Origin: an uncultured delta proteobacterium
GTDB lineage: Bacteria > Myxococcota > Myxococcia > Myxococcales > Myxococcaceae
DNA length: 64,000 bases
Direction: 5' to 3'
Assembly: GCA_963713045.1 (NCBI GenBank)
Contig: CAVQKE010000004.1
Span: forward strand, 32,001-96,000
Position 1 is the stretch's first letter; each line of letters begins with the position of its first letter. Under the pieces are notes generated by a model that saw only the letters and a list, made by a program, of their open reading frames with translations, did not search any database and had not been told where the DNA came from. The position numbers and the translations under genes are program-made. Below are positions 63,586-64,000 of this stretch, piece after piece.

Positions 63586-64000
63586 TCAGAGAGCCGGTGC
63601 ATGAAGTTTCACGGGGTTCTGGCCGCGGAAGTATGGGTCGAGGGCCGCCGCTACGGTTCGGAGGAGCAACTGCCCGTCCGCGCTGACGCGAAGACTGTTG
63701 TCTTGCCGATGCACAAGCCCGTCGTGCTCCAAACGCTCAAGGGCAGCCCACTCCTGCTGGAAGCCGGCTTCAAAGGCACCGGGGTAACGGCGCGCTACGT
63801 CCTCGAAGTCCACCTCGAGCTGACAAAAGAGCCGCGCGATGACGTCCCGCCGCGCGCCATCCTCGAGGCTCAGCCGGTGGCCGCGCGAAACCGCTAGGCC
63901 TCCGTCCAAGAGGCGCTTCGCCCAACGATGTACCTCGCGCTCATTTTGAAGGTACGCCCCTCCGATGTCCGAGATGGCAGATGGACCGAAGGCGAGCACG
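63586..64000 (-). CDS. hemN: 3' part of oxygen-independent coproporphyrinogen III oxidase
   Basis: FGPSAIS...YLQN...RGHRLSLED..RRDVI..LFC...LEHDGLV...RTVAAALDPY C-terminal pattern. Confidence 0.82.
   Translation of the reverse strand, partial: VLAFGPSAISDIGGAYLQNEREVHRWAKRLLDGGLAVSRGHRLSLEDGARRDVIARLFCQLEVDFEDVARRYPGAFEAGFQQEWAALERLEHDGLVHRQDNSLRVSADGQLLLRTVAAALDPYFRGQNPVKLHAPAL

Overview
High-GC window from a myxobacterium (Myxococcota, with Myxococcus/Anaeromyxobacter-like gene content). It has three parts. (1) 1-7.3 kb is an accessory patch: a decayed tRNA-Sec-like sequence, a Ser/Thr kinase-TolB/TPR protein, a Gln-rich exported protein, a cupin, a lipoprotein and a multicopper-oxidase remnant. 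(2) 7.4-35.8 kb is conserved backbone: stand-alone groEL with CIRCE, REC-GGDEF, romR, valS with a histone-like tail, nadC, glpX, eno, surE, LysM/M23 protein, lexA with SOS box, mlaEFD, a pseudokinase, an HtrA protease, yacG and an RHH protein. (3) 35.9-64 kb is an almost entirely minus-strand energy block: acyl-CoA synthetase, complete V/A-type ATPase operon, hemG, IorAB-type molybdoenzyme, tRNA-Met, group 1 (1f-like) [NiFe]-hydrogenase with hypFCDE-ECH-hypA, cytochromes b and c, hypB, and partial hemN. Frameshifts cluster beyond ~50 kb and are probably read errors. Most interesting points: a crotonase with non-canonical active-site residues embedded in the hyp operon (candidate HypX-like CO-ligand enzyme); a shared sigma54 (-24/-12) plus CGCA-N5-TGCG enhancer architecture at the hydrogenase, V-ATPase and hemG promoters; a CCGN proximal-cluster motif; recurrent non-canonical start codons (CTG, ATC); and a possible internally initiated histone-like protein nested in valS. 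All calls come from reading the sequence and recognising motifs; no searches were run.
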